Assembly: GCA_964548795.1 (NCBI GenBank)
Contig: CAZJSO010000005.1
Location: 1-35,143, forward strand
Source of the DNA: an uncultured Dehalococcoidia bacterium
GTDB taxonomy: Bacteria; Chloroflexota; Dehalococcoidia; SZUA-161; SpSt-899
DNA length: 35,143 nt
Direction of reading: 5' to 3'
Shown: in pieces, positions 8,800 to 16,565 of the stretch
Position numbering within the stretch: the first letter of the stretch is position 1
How the letters are laid out: every line of letters begins with the position of its first letter
Notes under the pieces: model-generated
Database searches by the model: none
Seen by the model: only the letters and a program-made list of their open reading frames with translations
Told to the model about the DNA's origin: nothing
Program-made: the position numbers and the translations under genes

Positions 8800-8929
8800 T
8801 TTACACCTCCGCAAAGGCGAAAGCCTATAATAGCTTTTCTTAGTTTGTTAGCCTTATTATAATTGAAAGAAACTACCATAGTAAGTGGCTGTAGTATAGA
8901 GGATGCCAGCAGCCGGAAAGGAGGTTTCC

Positions 8930-10150
8930 ATGAAAGAGTACGGGCACTTTCTCAGCGAAGAGGACAAGCTGATGGTGAATACAATTCGCGACTTTGTGAA
9001 CAAAGAGTTAATGCCTGTCCGCCAGCAACTGGACGAAGATGAAGACCGTGATCTGGTACATCATATCTTGGATGGATTGGCCAAGCTTGGGCTACACAAG
9101 AGAGGCTTGCCCGAGTCGGTGGGTGGTTTACGAACTACGGCAGTCTCATTGGAGGTAGGGTACGAGGAAGTGGCTCGTGGGGATAGTGGGATAGCCATGA
9201 CTTTGAGCATACCAGCCTGGGTCTTCGGCCCGGCAATGCGAGCGCACAATGAGAGGGTGATCAATGATCTCTGCCCCCCGTTCTGCAGGGAGGACGAATT
9301 CCATGAGGCCTGCCAGGCGATGACCGAGCCAGAGGGTGGCTGCAACATAGAGGATGCCAGCAGCAGAGGGAAGACAATCCAAACTACTGCCCGACTTGAC
9401 GGAGAGGAATGGGTGATAAACGGGGCCAAGCGCTTCCCCAGCGGCGCCAGCGTAGCCGATGTCTATTTGGTCACCTGCACCACCAATCCGGAGCTGGGCG
9501 AGGAGGGGATCGCTCTTATCTACGTGCCTGCAGGCACCCCCGGGCTTTCCTTTGGCCGACCAGAGAACAAGATGGGGATGAGATATACCGATGTAAATAC
9601 TGACATTTACCTCGACAATGTAAGGGTACCCCAAGAATATCGGGCCGGATGGCCAGGGAAGGATTTCGAGAGCTTCCGCAATTTCCTCTCCTGGGGGCGG
9701 TTGAGCAGCGCTGCCTTTGCGGTAGGAAATGCCCAGGCCGCACTAGAGATCGTCCTAGACTTCACGGCAAACAGGTTTTACGGGGGAAAACCAGTTAGGG
9801 AACATAGCCTCCAGGCAGCCATGATAGCCGACATGGCCATTGGCGTCGAGAGTGCCCGATTCTACTACCTCACTGTGGCTAGGATGTTTGACAACCGAAA
9901 AGTGTTCGGCCCGCCCCATAGTGAATTTCAGCTATCAAAGGCTACTGGTGCTAAGATTCATGCCTGTGATGTAGCAGTAGAGGTATGTAACAAGGGAATG
10001 CAGCTCATGGGCTCCTATGGTTACATGAAGGAATATAATCTGGAAAAATACCTACGGGACTGCAAAATAATCCAACTATGGGAGGGTGGAGCTGAATTAG
10101 GCCGCATAGATGTAGCCCGTGGCTATTACCCCATAAGAGCCTATACTTAG
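8930..10150 (+). CDS. Acyl-CoA dehydrogenase family flavoprotein
   Basis: Shows the ACAD pattern (WVINGAKRF, ENKMGMRYTDVNTDIYLDNVRVP, C-terminal IIQLWEGGAELGRIDVARG). ATG at 8930 is preceded by GGAAAGGAGG. The ORF-track start at 8903 lies upstream of that SD. Confidence 0.85.
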   Translation: MKEYGHFLSEEDKLMVNTIRDFVNKELMPVRQQLDEDEDRDLVHHILDGLAKLGLHKRGLPESVGGLRTTAVSLEVGYEEVARGDSGIAMTLSIPAWVFGPAMRAHNERVINDLCPPFCREDEFHEACQAMTEPEGGCNIEDASSRGKTIQTTARLDGEEWVINGAKRFPSGASVADVYLVTCTTNPELGEEGIALIYVPAGTPGLSFGRPENKMGMRYTDVNTDIYLDNVRVPQEYRAGWPGKDFESFRNFLSWGRLSSAAFAVGNAQAALEIVLDFTANRFYGGKPVREHSLQAAMIADMAIGVESARFYYLTVARMFDNRKVFGPPHSEFQLSKATGAKIHACDVAVEVCNKGMQLMGSYGYMKEYNLEKYLRDCKIIQLWEGGAELGRIDVARGYYPIRAYT

Positions 10151-12000
10151 TGCCCTTTGGGCCAAAGTGCTTGGGCTACATCCTCCAGCCCGAGTTCCTG
10201 CAGCTTATTCTCGCTCGGTTTGCCAGTTTCCGGGTCCCAATCCCGGGCCAGGAGGTAATCCCGGAGCAGCGTCCCTAACTCTACCTGTCTTCCGGCGAGA
10301 GGCCCGGACCCCAGTGGTGGCTGTCCTGTAACCCTACCCGGCACCTTGAAATTCCTCAAGCTTATCCCCTCACGAATGTTGAAGGCCTGCCTCAGATTGG
10401 CCACCCGCTCGCCGATCTTTAGAAGCTCATCCAGGCCGAACTCCCAGCCGGTGACCAGGCTTAGAAACTCCGGGAGAGCACCGAAGTCTAGGAACGTATA
10501 GCCAAAGAGGCACATGCCAGCACAGTTTACCACATGCACCAGGTCACTTCCCATCTTATGAGCTTGGCCACGGCCGGCAAATGACTTACGGTCATAGGGG
10601 GGAAACTTAAGGCCACCGGCGGGCCGGTAGCCATAACTGCCCTGAGTATGGCGGGCAGGTGTAGTATCAAGATAAGTGGCAGCGTATGAAGTGTAGCGTT
10701 TAGGATCGTGCATCGGCACCTCCTGCCCCTGAATGTGAATGGCAAGTTCCTCCGCCCCCTGTCCTATTCTTTCTGCCGCAGCTTTGACCCCATCAGCCAG
10801 GATCTCCCCCAGCCCTTCTCTCCTGGCTATTTTCTCCACTGTAGCCACTATGGCCTCATGGTTGCCCCACCGAAGCTCAAGCCCCCCGGTGTCCTCCTTG
10901 GTGAGTAGCCCCTTTTCATAGCACTCAATGGCGAAGGCGATGGTAGCGCCAGTCGAGATCGTATCCAGACCATAGCGGTTGCAAATATCATTGGCCATGA
11001 TGATTGATTCTAGGTTATCATTCAAGCACAGGCTGCCAAAGGCCACCAAAGTCTCATATTCCGGTTTGTGCACTCCTTCAGGGTACCTGTAAATTCCGCT
11101 GCCAACTTTCATGACTCCACCACAGGCAACCGGGCACCTCCAGCAACCTAGCTTCTTCTGCTGAAGGCCTACCGTTGCTTCGCCGCCGATGGAAGAGAAG
11201 TTAGGGAAGTCAGTCACCGAGCCGCTCCAGTTCTTCACCGGGGCATCCCCACTTTGAATTGCCTGAGCAGTAAACCCACAGGTACCAAATTCCTTATAGA
11301 TTTCTGCTAGGCTACTTAACTGGCGAAGATGCTTCCTCCTGGCCCTTTCTAACCCGTCTTTGTCCGCCAGAGGAACCCTTTTCTGCCCCCTGGCAACTAC
11401 AGCCTTGAGTCGCTTGGAACCCATCAATGCCCCCAGGCCAGATCGGCCGGCAGCCCGACCCTGGCCATTAATGATGCCAGAGATGAGGGACAGTTTCTCA
11501 CCCGAGGGGCCGATACAGGCCACTCTCGCATCTTTGCCAACCTCTGACCGGATGAGAGCCTGTACCTCCATGGTGTCTTTGCCCCACAGATGGCCGGCTT
11601 CCCTGAGTTCAGCTCTTCCGTCGCTTAGAAGAAGGTAAACAGGCTCAGGACTTACCCCGCTCAGGAATACAGCATCATAGCCGGAAAACTTGAGCCAGGG
11701 TCCAAAATCCCCACCTGAATTAGCATCGCCCCAGGTTCCGGTGAGAGGAGATTTACCCACTACGGCAAATCTGGAGCCGAAGAGAGCCGGCGTGCCAGTC
11801 AGGGGGCCGGTTACAAAGCCCAAGTTCGCCTCCGGGGCTAAAGGATGCAGGCCAGGTTTTTGGCGTTCGAAAATCACCCTGGCACCTAATCCATAGCCCC
11901 CCAGAAAATCATGAAGCTGTCCCTCCTCCGGGACTTCGTCACGTACCGTTCCCCAAGAAAGATCTATGAATAGGATGTGGCCCATGTAGCCTTCAGTCAT
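10147..12000 (-). CDS. Aldehyde:ferredoxin oxidoreductase, canonical type (AOR2)
   Basis: 617 aa containing GHILFIDLS, GLGALMGSKRLKAVVARG, the cluster motif CWRCPVAC, PEYETLVAFGS and VNCAGMC. The start overlaps the upstream synthetase stop by 8 nt. Confidence 0.9.
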   Translation of the reverse strand: MTEGYMGHILFIDLSWGTVRDEVPEEGQLHDFLGGYGLGARVIFERQKPGLHPLAPEANLGFVTGPLTGTPALFGSRFAVVGKSPLTGTWGDANSGGDFGPWLKFSGYDAVFLSGVSPEPVYLLLSDGRAELREAGHLWGKDTMEVQALIRSEVGKDARVACIGPSGEKLSLISGIINGQGRAAGRSGLGALMGSKRLKAVVARGQKRVPLADKDGLERARRKHLRQLSSLAEIYKEFGTCGFTAQAIQSGDAPVKNWSGSVTDFPNFSSIGGEATVGLQQKKLGCWRCPVACGGVMKVGSGIYRYPEGVHKPEYETLVAFGSLCLNDNLESIIMANDICNRYGLDTISTGATIAFAIECYEKGLLTKEDTGGLELRWGNHEAIVATVEKIARREGLGEILADGVKAAAERIGQGAEELAIHIQGQEVPMHDPKRYTSYAATYLDTTPARHTQGSYGYRPAGGLKFPPYDRKSFAGRGQAHKMGSDLVHVVNCAGMCLFGYTFLDFGALPEFLSLVTGWEFGLDELLKIGERVANLRQAFNIREGISLRNFKVPGRVTGQPPLGSGPLAGRQVELGTLLRDYLLARDWDPETGKPSENKLQELGLEDVAQALWPKGH

Positions 12001-13384
12001 TTGACCCTCTATAGTATTGAACTAAGCGTGCCAGTGCCCTGGCAGCTCTCTCCGGAGTAGGGAAGACTGCAATTCTGCCCGTAGATTGCAGACAGGCAGA
12101 GGCCTCATGGGCGTAAGGGCCATAAATGCAGCAGACGAGCGGCTTATCAGGCTGTGCTTCCGCCATCTCCAACAAGAGCTGGCATACGTCATGGGTGAAC
12201 TTGGGGAAAAGGGCCCCGCCAATGAAAAGGACAGCATTAATCTGTGGATCAGCCAGAAGGGTGCCTAAAGCTTGCCTTAATGGATTTAAGACGGGCTGGG
12301 AGAGCATCATTGGTGGCCAAATATCCACTGGATTGGTAACGCTCATCCAAGAGGGGAACAAATTTGCCAACCGGCTTTTAGTGACTGAAGAAAGCTGGGC
12401 TATTTCTAAGCTAAACCTGTTCAGGGCATCCAAACTAGCTATGCCCAACCCCCCAGTATAGGTGATAAGGCCTGCTTTTCCTGGCAAAGGTGGCGGAGAG
12501 ACGGAAAAGACCCGCACCAGGTCGAGAAGCTCCTCGACGTCCTCTACCCGGATTGCACCTGTTTGCTTTAGAGCTGCTTCCCAGACCTGATCTTGACCGG
12601 TAATAGCGCCAGTATGAGATCGAGCTGCCTCCGCCGCCGGCTCACTTTTCCCCGTCTTTAACACCAGTAGCGGTTTTCTCCGAGATGTCTGGCTAGCTGC
12701 CTGAAGAAATCTCCTCCCATCGCTCACTCCTTCAAGATGCAGGGCCACGACCTTTACCTCCGAGTCATTCGCAAAGTATTCTAGGGCCTCAGCGGAATCA
12801 ACATCACAGGCATTCCCCAAATCGAAGCCCTTCCCTATCAAGTTCAATTCGGAGAACCCCATAAAGAAAACGCCACTCTGGCAGACGACCCCAATGGGTA
12901 CCTTCTCCATCTTCAGCCTGGCAAAAGCGGTGCTGAAATTAGCGAAAGCATTAGCTGTACCAAAGGTGTTAGGACCTATTATCCTAGTCTGGCCAGCCTG
13001 GGCCAGGTCGACAATCTCCCTTTGCAGTTGCTTACCTCGCTCATCGTTGGCATCAGCAAATCCTTGACCGACCACTATTATCGAGTGAATGCCCTTGCTA
13101 GTGCATTCGCGGATGAGCTGGGGGACTAACTCTCTCGGCGTTGAAATCACTGCCAGAGCAACCTCTTCCGGTATCTCAGTAACGTGAGGATAGGCCTTTA
13201 ACCCCAGTATTTCGGTGGCATTAGGATTCACCGGATAAATCTTCCCCGAATAGCCATAGCTCAGCAGATGCCCTAGCATGTTGAAGGCTTCCTCCCCCAC
13301 CTCCCGGCTTACCCCGATAAGAGCCAAGGATTTGGGCTCCATAAAAGGAGCCAGCAAGCTAGGTGAGCCATGGCTGAAGTTCAT
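11993..13384 (-). CDS. ADP-forming acyl-CoA synthetase (NDP-forming, ACD family), alpha-type subunit only (CoA-binding and phosphohistidine domains)
   Basis: 463 aa containing PKSLALIGVS, a CoA-binding Rossmann fold and the phosphohistidine loop ARSHTGAITG. No ATP-grasp segment is present. No obvious SD precedes the ATG at 13384. Confidence 0.8.
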   Translation of the reverse strand: MNFSHGSPSLLAPFMEPKSLALIGVSREVGEEAFNMLGHLLSYGYSGKIYPVNPNATEILGLKAYPHVTEIPEEVALAVISTPRELVPQLIRECTSKGIHSIIVVGQGFADANDERGKQLQREIVDLAQAGQTRIIGPNTFGTANAFANFSTAFARLKMEKVPIGVVCQSGVFFMGFSELNLIGKGFDLGNACDVDSAEALEYFANDSEVKVVALHLEGVSDGRRFLQAASQTSRRKPLLVLKTGKSEPAAEAARSHTGAITGQDQVWEAALKQTGAIRVEDVEELLDLVRVFSVSPPPLPGKAGLITYTGGLGIASLDALNRFSLEIAQLSSVTKSRLANLFPSWMSVTNPVDIWPPMMLSQPVLNPLRQALGTLLADPQINAVLFIGGALFPKFTHDVCQLLLEMAEAQPDKPLVCCIYGPYAHEASACLQSTGRIAVFPTPERAARALARLVQYYRGSND

Positions 13385-13450
13385 GATCTAGTAAACACGT
13401 CAAGAGTGAAGAACAAAGTAAAGCTCAGGCAAACTCCCGCACTAAGACGC

Positions 13451-13479
13451 ATGTTAATATCTTTTGGGCAGGGAGTCAA
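13451..13479 (-). promoter_or_regulatory. Candidate promoter for the synthetase-AOR2 operon (TTGACT - 17 nt - TAACAT)
   Basis: Minus strand has TTGACT at 13479..13474 and TAACAT at 13456..13451. Based on hexamer match only. Confidence 0.3.
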
Positions 13480-13530
13480 GGTCTGCTAAGCGAGGTTAGG
13501 CGCTCTAAATCAGTTTCTCAAGCAGAAGAC

Positions 13531-13560
13531 TTGACTTTTAGCTTAAAAAGTGTGTAAGCT
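13531..13560 (+). promoter_or_regulatory. Candidate promoter for the small zinc-ribbon gene (TTGACT - 18 nt - TAAGCT)
   Basis: TTGACT at 13531..13536 and TAAGCT at 13555..13560. Based on hexamer match only. Confidence 0.3.
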
Positions 13561-13587
13561 AATACAAACGGAACCAAAGGAGGGCAG

Positions 13588-13728
13588 ATGCAGGCCTATT
13601 GCTTCAAATGTCGAGCCATGAGAGAGATAAAGAACCCGCAGAAGGTAACCCTAAAAAATGGAAAGCCAGCCACTAAAGGCGTGTGTGCTGTTTGCGGCAC
13701 CACGGTATACCGTATCGGCAAGTCCTAA
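13588..13728 (+). CDS. 46-aa CxxC...CxxC zinc-ribbon protein (DUF5679-like)
   Basis: Missed by the ORF track because it is shorter than 60 aa. AAAGGAGGG lies 4 nt before the ATG. Translation is MQAYCFKCRAMREIKNPQKVTLKNGKPATKGVCAVCGTTVYRIGKS, which matches my recollection of the DUF5679 family layout common in Chloroflexota and Actinobacteria. Confidence 0.7.
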   Translation: MQAYCFKCRAMREIKNPQKVTLKNGKPATKGVCAVCGTTVYRIGKS

Positions 13729-14113
13729 AAATCGAGGGTTTCCCCTAAAAGGTCAGCCTTTCCTAGCTTCTGGAGCAGGGTACCAAGGGTTGGCAGGTGG
13801 CCAATTTAATCTCGGTGAGCTTAGGCTCCTAGGGCAGAGGCTTTAGATAGGAAGTTCGAGCGGAGCCTGGTGGACTGAGAGGTGGCGTGTGGAGAAGGTG
13901 CTCTGTCTCGCAGCTGCAGTGATTTGATTCTGAATCACTGCCAATTAAACTTCCTTTTCCTTTGTCCGCCTTGTCTGCTTTGTAGGTGTGACCCTAGAGG
14001 CCCTGCTCAGGGGTCAAAGGGTGTTTGTGAGGCGAGTGTGAGCCGATGACCAGATGTCCTTAATCGTAAGAGCATAGATAAAGTCTGCTGGCCTAAGGAA
14101 AGGAGGTAAGCTT

Positions 14114-15217
14114 ATGAGCAAGATTAAGGTAGCCATAATTGGCGTAGGTAACTGCGCCTCTTCATTGATTCAAGGAGTGTACTATTACTCCAATGCTGAC
14201 GAGAGCGATTTCATCCCGGGCCTTATGCACGTCAATCTGGGCGGTTATCATGTAAGGGACATTGAGTTTGTCGCTGCCTTTGATATTGATCAAAATAAGG
14301 TGGGCAAGGACCTTTCGGAGGCCATTTTCGCGCCGCCGAATAATACCTTTAAATTCTGTGAGGTGCCATCCACCGGGGTAGAAGTGAAGCGGGGTATGAC
14401 CCATGACGGGTTGGGAAAGTACCTCTCCCAAGTCATTACTAGAGCCCCCGGATCAACCGTCAACATTGCTGAAATTTTGAAAGAGACCGAAGCCGATGTA
14501 GTAGTTAACTATCTTCCGGTTGGCAGTGAAGAGGCGACCAAGTGGTATGTAGAGCAGATCCTCAACGCTGGTTGTGGTCTGGTCAATTGCATCCCGGTGT
14601 TCATCGCCCGGGAGAAATACTGGCAGGGAAGGTTTGTTGAGCGAGGACTTCCCATTATTGGCGATGATATCAAGTCGCAAGTAGGAGCAACTATTACCCA
14701 TCGGGTACTGACTCGGCTTTTCCGTGAGCGAGGCGTCAGGTTGGAAAGGAGCTATCAGCTCAACTTTGGCGGTAACACCGACTTCTATAACATGTTGGAG
14801 CGCGAAAGGCTACAGTCGAAGAAGATATCGAAGACCAGGGCGGTAACTTCTCAGCTGGATTATGATATCGGGGCAGAGAACATTCACATTGGGCCCAGTG
14901 ATTACGTGCCCTGGCTTAAAGACCAAAAAATTTGTTACATTCGGATGGAAGGGCGGACTTTCGGTGATGTTCCTTTGAACCTTGAGCTAAAGCTTGAGGT
15001 ATGGGATAGCCCTAACTCAGCTGGAGTTGTAATAGACGCTATAAGGTGCTGTAAATTGGCCCTCGATCGGGGACTAAGTGGCGCACTTGTTGGCCCTTCA
15101 GCCTACTTCATGAAGTCGCCGCCAGTTCAGTTTACCGACCAAGAGGCCCGGGTTATGACCGAAGAATTCATCGCCGGGAAAGAGCTGTCTAGCTCGCCAG
15201 TGGCCAAGGCAGAATAG
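14114..15217 (+). CDS. ino1: myo-Inositol-1-phosphate synthase (short bacterial/archaeal type, 367 aa)
   Basis: Contains [12 protein letters not shown] (NAD site), [12 protein letters not shown] and [23 protein letters not shown]. Strong SD (GGAAAGGAGG). Confidence 0.9.
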   Translation: MSKIKVAIIGVGNCASSLIQGVYYYSNADESDFIPGLMHVNLGGYHVRDIEFVAAFDIDQNKVGKDLSEAIFAPPNNTFKFCEVPSTGVEVKRGMTHDGLGKYLSQVITRAPGSTVNIAEILKETEADVVVNYLPVGSEEATKWYVEQILNAGCGLVNCIPVFIAREKYWQGRFVERGLPIIGDDIKSQVGATITHRVLTRLFRERGVRLERSYQLNFGGNTDFYNMLERERLQSKKISKTRAVTSQLDYDIGAENIHIGPSDYVPWLKDQKICYIRMEGRTFGDVPLNLELKLEVWDSPNSAGVVIDAIRCCKLALDRGLSGALVGPSAYFMKSPPVQFTDQEARVMTEEFIAGKELSSSPVAKAE

Positions 15218-15239
15218 GCAGCTAACTCCGGAGGTTCCC

Positions 15240-16565
15240 ATGAAGATTCTGCTGGTTTCCCCCTATGATTACAGTTACCCCAGCGGAGTCAATCATCACA
15301 TCCTGAGGTTGGAGGAGAATTTTACCCAAATGGGCCACGAGGTCAAGCTCGTTTTCCCTGCCTCTGGTCACCAAGCGCCTCCCAGGAGAAACATAACCTT
15401 CATTGGTCGACCTATCCCCATCCATGCTAGTGGCTCGATAGTTCGGTCACCTGTATCACCCAAACTTTTCTTCTCTCAAAAGATTGATAGATTCCTGGAG
15501 CGGGAAAGGTTCGATATAGTTCATCTTCACGAGCCCCTTTTCCCCCCGCTGACCACTGGCTTTTTGAATAAGTCCCGGGCAGTCAATATAGGCACTTTCC
15601 ATGCCACACGATCGCGAAGCTGGGGATACTGGCTCTGGAGACCTTTGCTTAAAACCTGGTTTAGCAAGCTGGATGGGAAAATAGCAGTTTCCATAGCAGC
15701 TAGAGATTTCATCAGCCACTACTTCCCCGGAAACTACACCATCATCCCCAACGGGGTGGATGCTTCTTTCTTCTCCGACATACCTCCCGTCGAGAAGTTC
15801 CGGGATGGGAAAGTGAACATCCTCTTCGTAGGACGTCTGGAGAAGCGCAAGGGTTTTCGTTATCTCCTAGAGGCTTATAGGTGGGTCAAGCAAGAGAACC
15901 CCCAAATTCGTCTCCTCGTGGTTGGGCCCACTGGCCTCACCCGCTGGAGGTACGAGCTCTGGATAAGAAGATGCGGCCTGGAAGACGTCATTTTTGTCGG
16001 TTACGCACCCTTCGAGGAGCTACTCCGCTATTACCACACTGCCGATATATTCTGTTCTCCAGCTACAGGGAATGAAAGCTTTGGCATGGTTCTATTGGAA
16101 GCTATGGCAGCCTCCAAGCCAGTGATTGCCTCCAACATCTCTGGCTACGCCGGCCTGGTGCAGAATGGAGTCGAAGGATTGCTGGTCAGGCCCAAGGATG
16201 TGAAAACGCTTGCCGGGGCACTGGATCTGCTCGTCAAGGACCCAAGCCTGAGGGAGAGACTAGGAGCAGCTGGAAGACTGAAAGCTGAGCAATATCGCTG
16301 GGAGCATATCGCCGAAAAAGTTCTCGCTTTTTATGAAGATGCGCTGCAGGCCAAGAGGCCTCTGAAGGTTGCACCACCACCCAGAAGAAGCCAGGGGCTA
16401 TCCGCTGCTAAGGACTTTTTCAAAAGCGTGATATTAAGCTTGCTCGGCATCTGGATTGGCCTGCTGCTTCTTAGCTTCTATGGGTTATCCTCTCCCGCCA
16501 GTGCAACCTGGTCCTTTCTAGGCCGGACAGCTTCGCGGTGGAACTACAAAAAACACAATGCTTGA
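15240..16565 (+). CDS. GT4-family glycosyltransferase (PimA-like) with an extra C-terminal transmembrane segment
   Basis: Has an MKILLVSP N-terminus, GRLEKRKG and the E-x7-E region ESFGMVLLEAMA. The C-terminal VILSLLGIWIGLLLLSFYGL is hydrophobic. SD is GGAGG. Confidence 0.85.
   Translation: MKILLVSPYDYSYPSGVNHHILRLEENFTQMGHEVKLVFPASGHQAPPRRNITFIGRPIPIHASGSIVRSPVSPKLFFSQKIDRFLERERFDIVHLHEPLFPPLTTGFLNKSRAVNIGTFHATRSRSWGYWLWRPLLKTWFSKLDGKIAVSIAARDFISHYFPGNYTIIPNGVDASFFSDIPPVEKFRDGKVNILFVGRLEKRKGFRYLLEAYRWVKQENPQIRLLVVGPTGLTRWRYELWIRRCGLEDVIFVGYAPFEELLRYYHTADIFCSPATGNESFGMVLLEAMAASKPVIASNISGYAGLVQNGVEGLLVRPKDVKTLAGALDLLVKDPSLRERLGAAGRLKAEQYRWEHIAEKVLAFYEDALQAKRPLKVAPPPRRSQGLSAAKDFFKSVILSLLGIWIGLLLLSFYGLSSPASATWSFLGRTASRWNYKKHNA

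Noticed and set aside
13658-13846. A 62-aa plus-strand ORF in the ino1 upstream region
   Set aside because: It starts inside the SD-preceded 46-aa zinc-ribbon ORF in another frame, has no SD and has no recognisable features.
13765-13900. Faint resemblance to the glycine riboswitch (CTGGAGCAG ... ACCAAGGGTTGGCA) and to the TPP riboswitch (CTGAGA)
   Set aside because: The matches are only short fragments. The spacing is far too short for the P2/P3 helices of a glycine aptamer, and the TPP ACCTGA/pyrimidine-sensor half is absent. The region is kept only as an unclassified structured leader.
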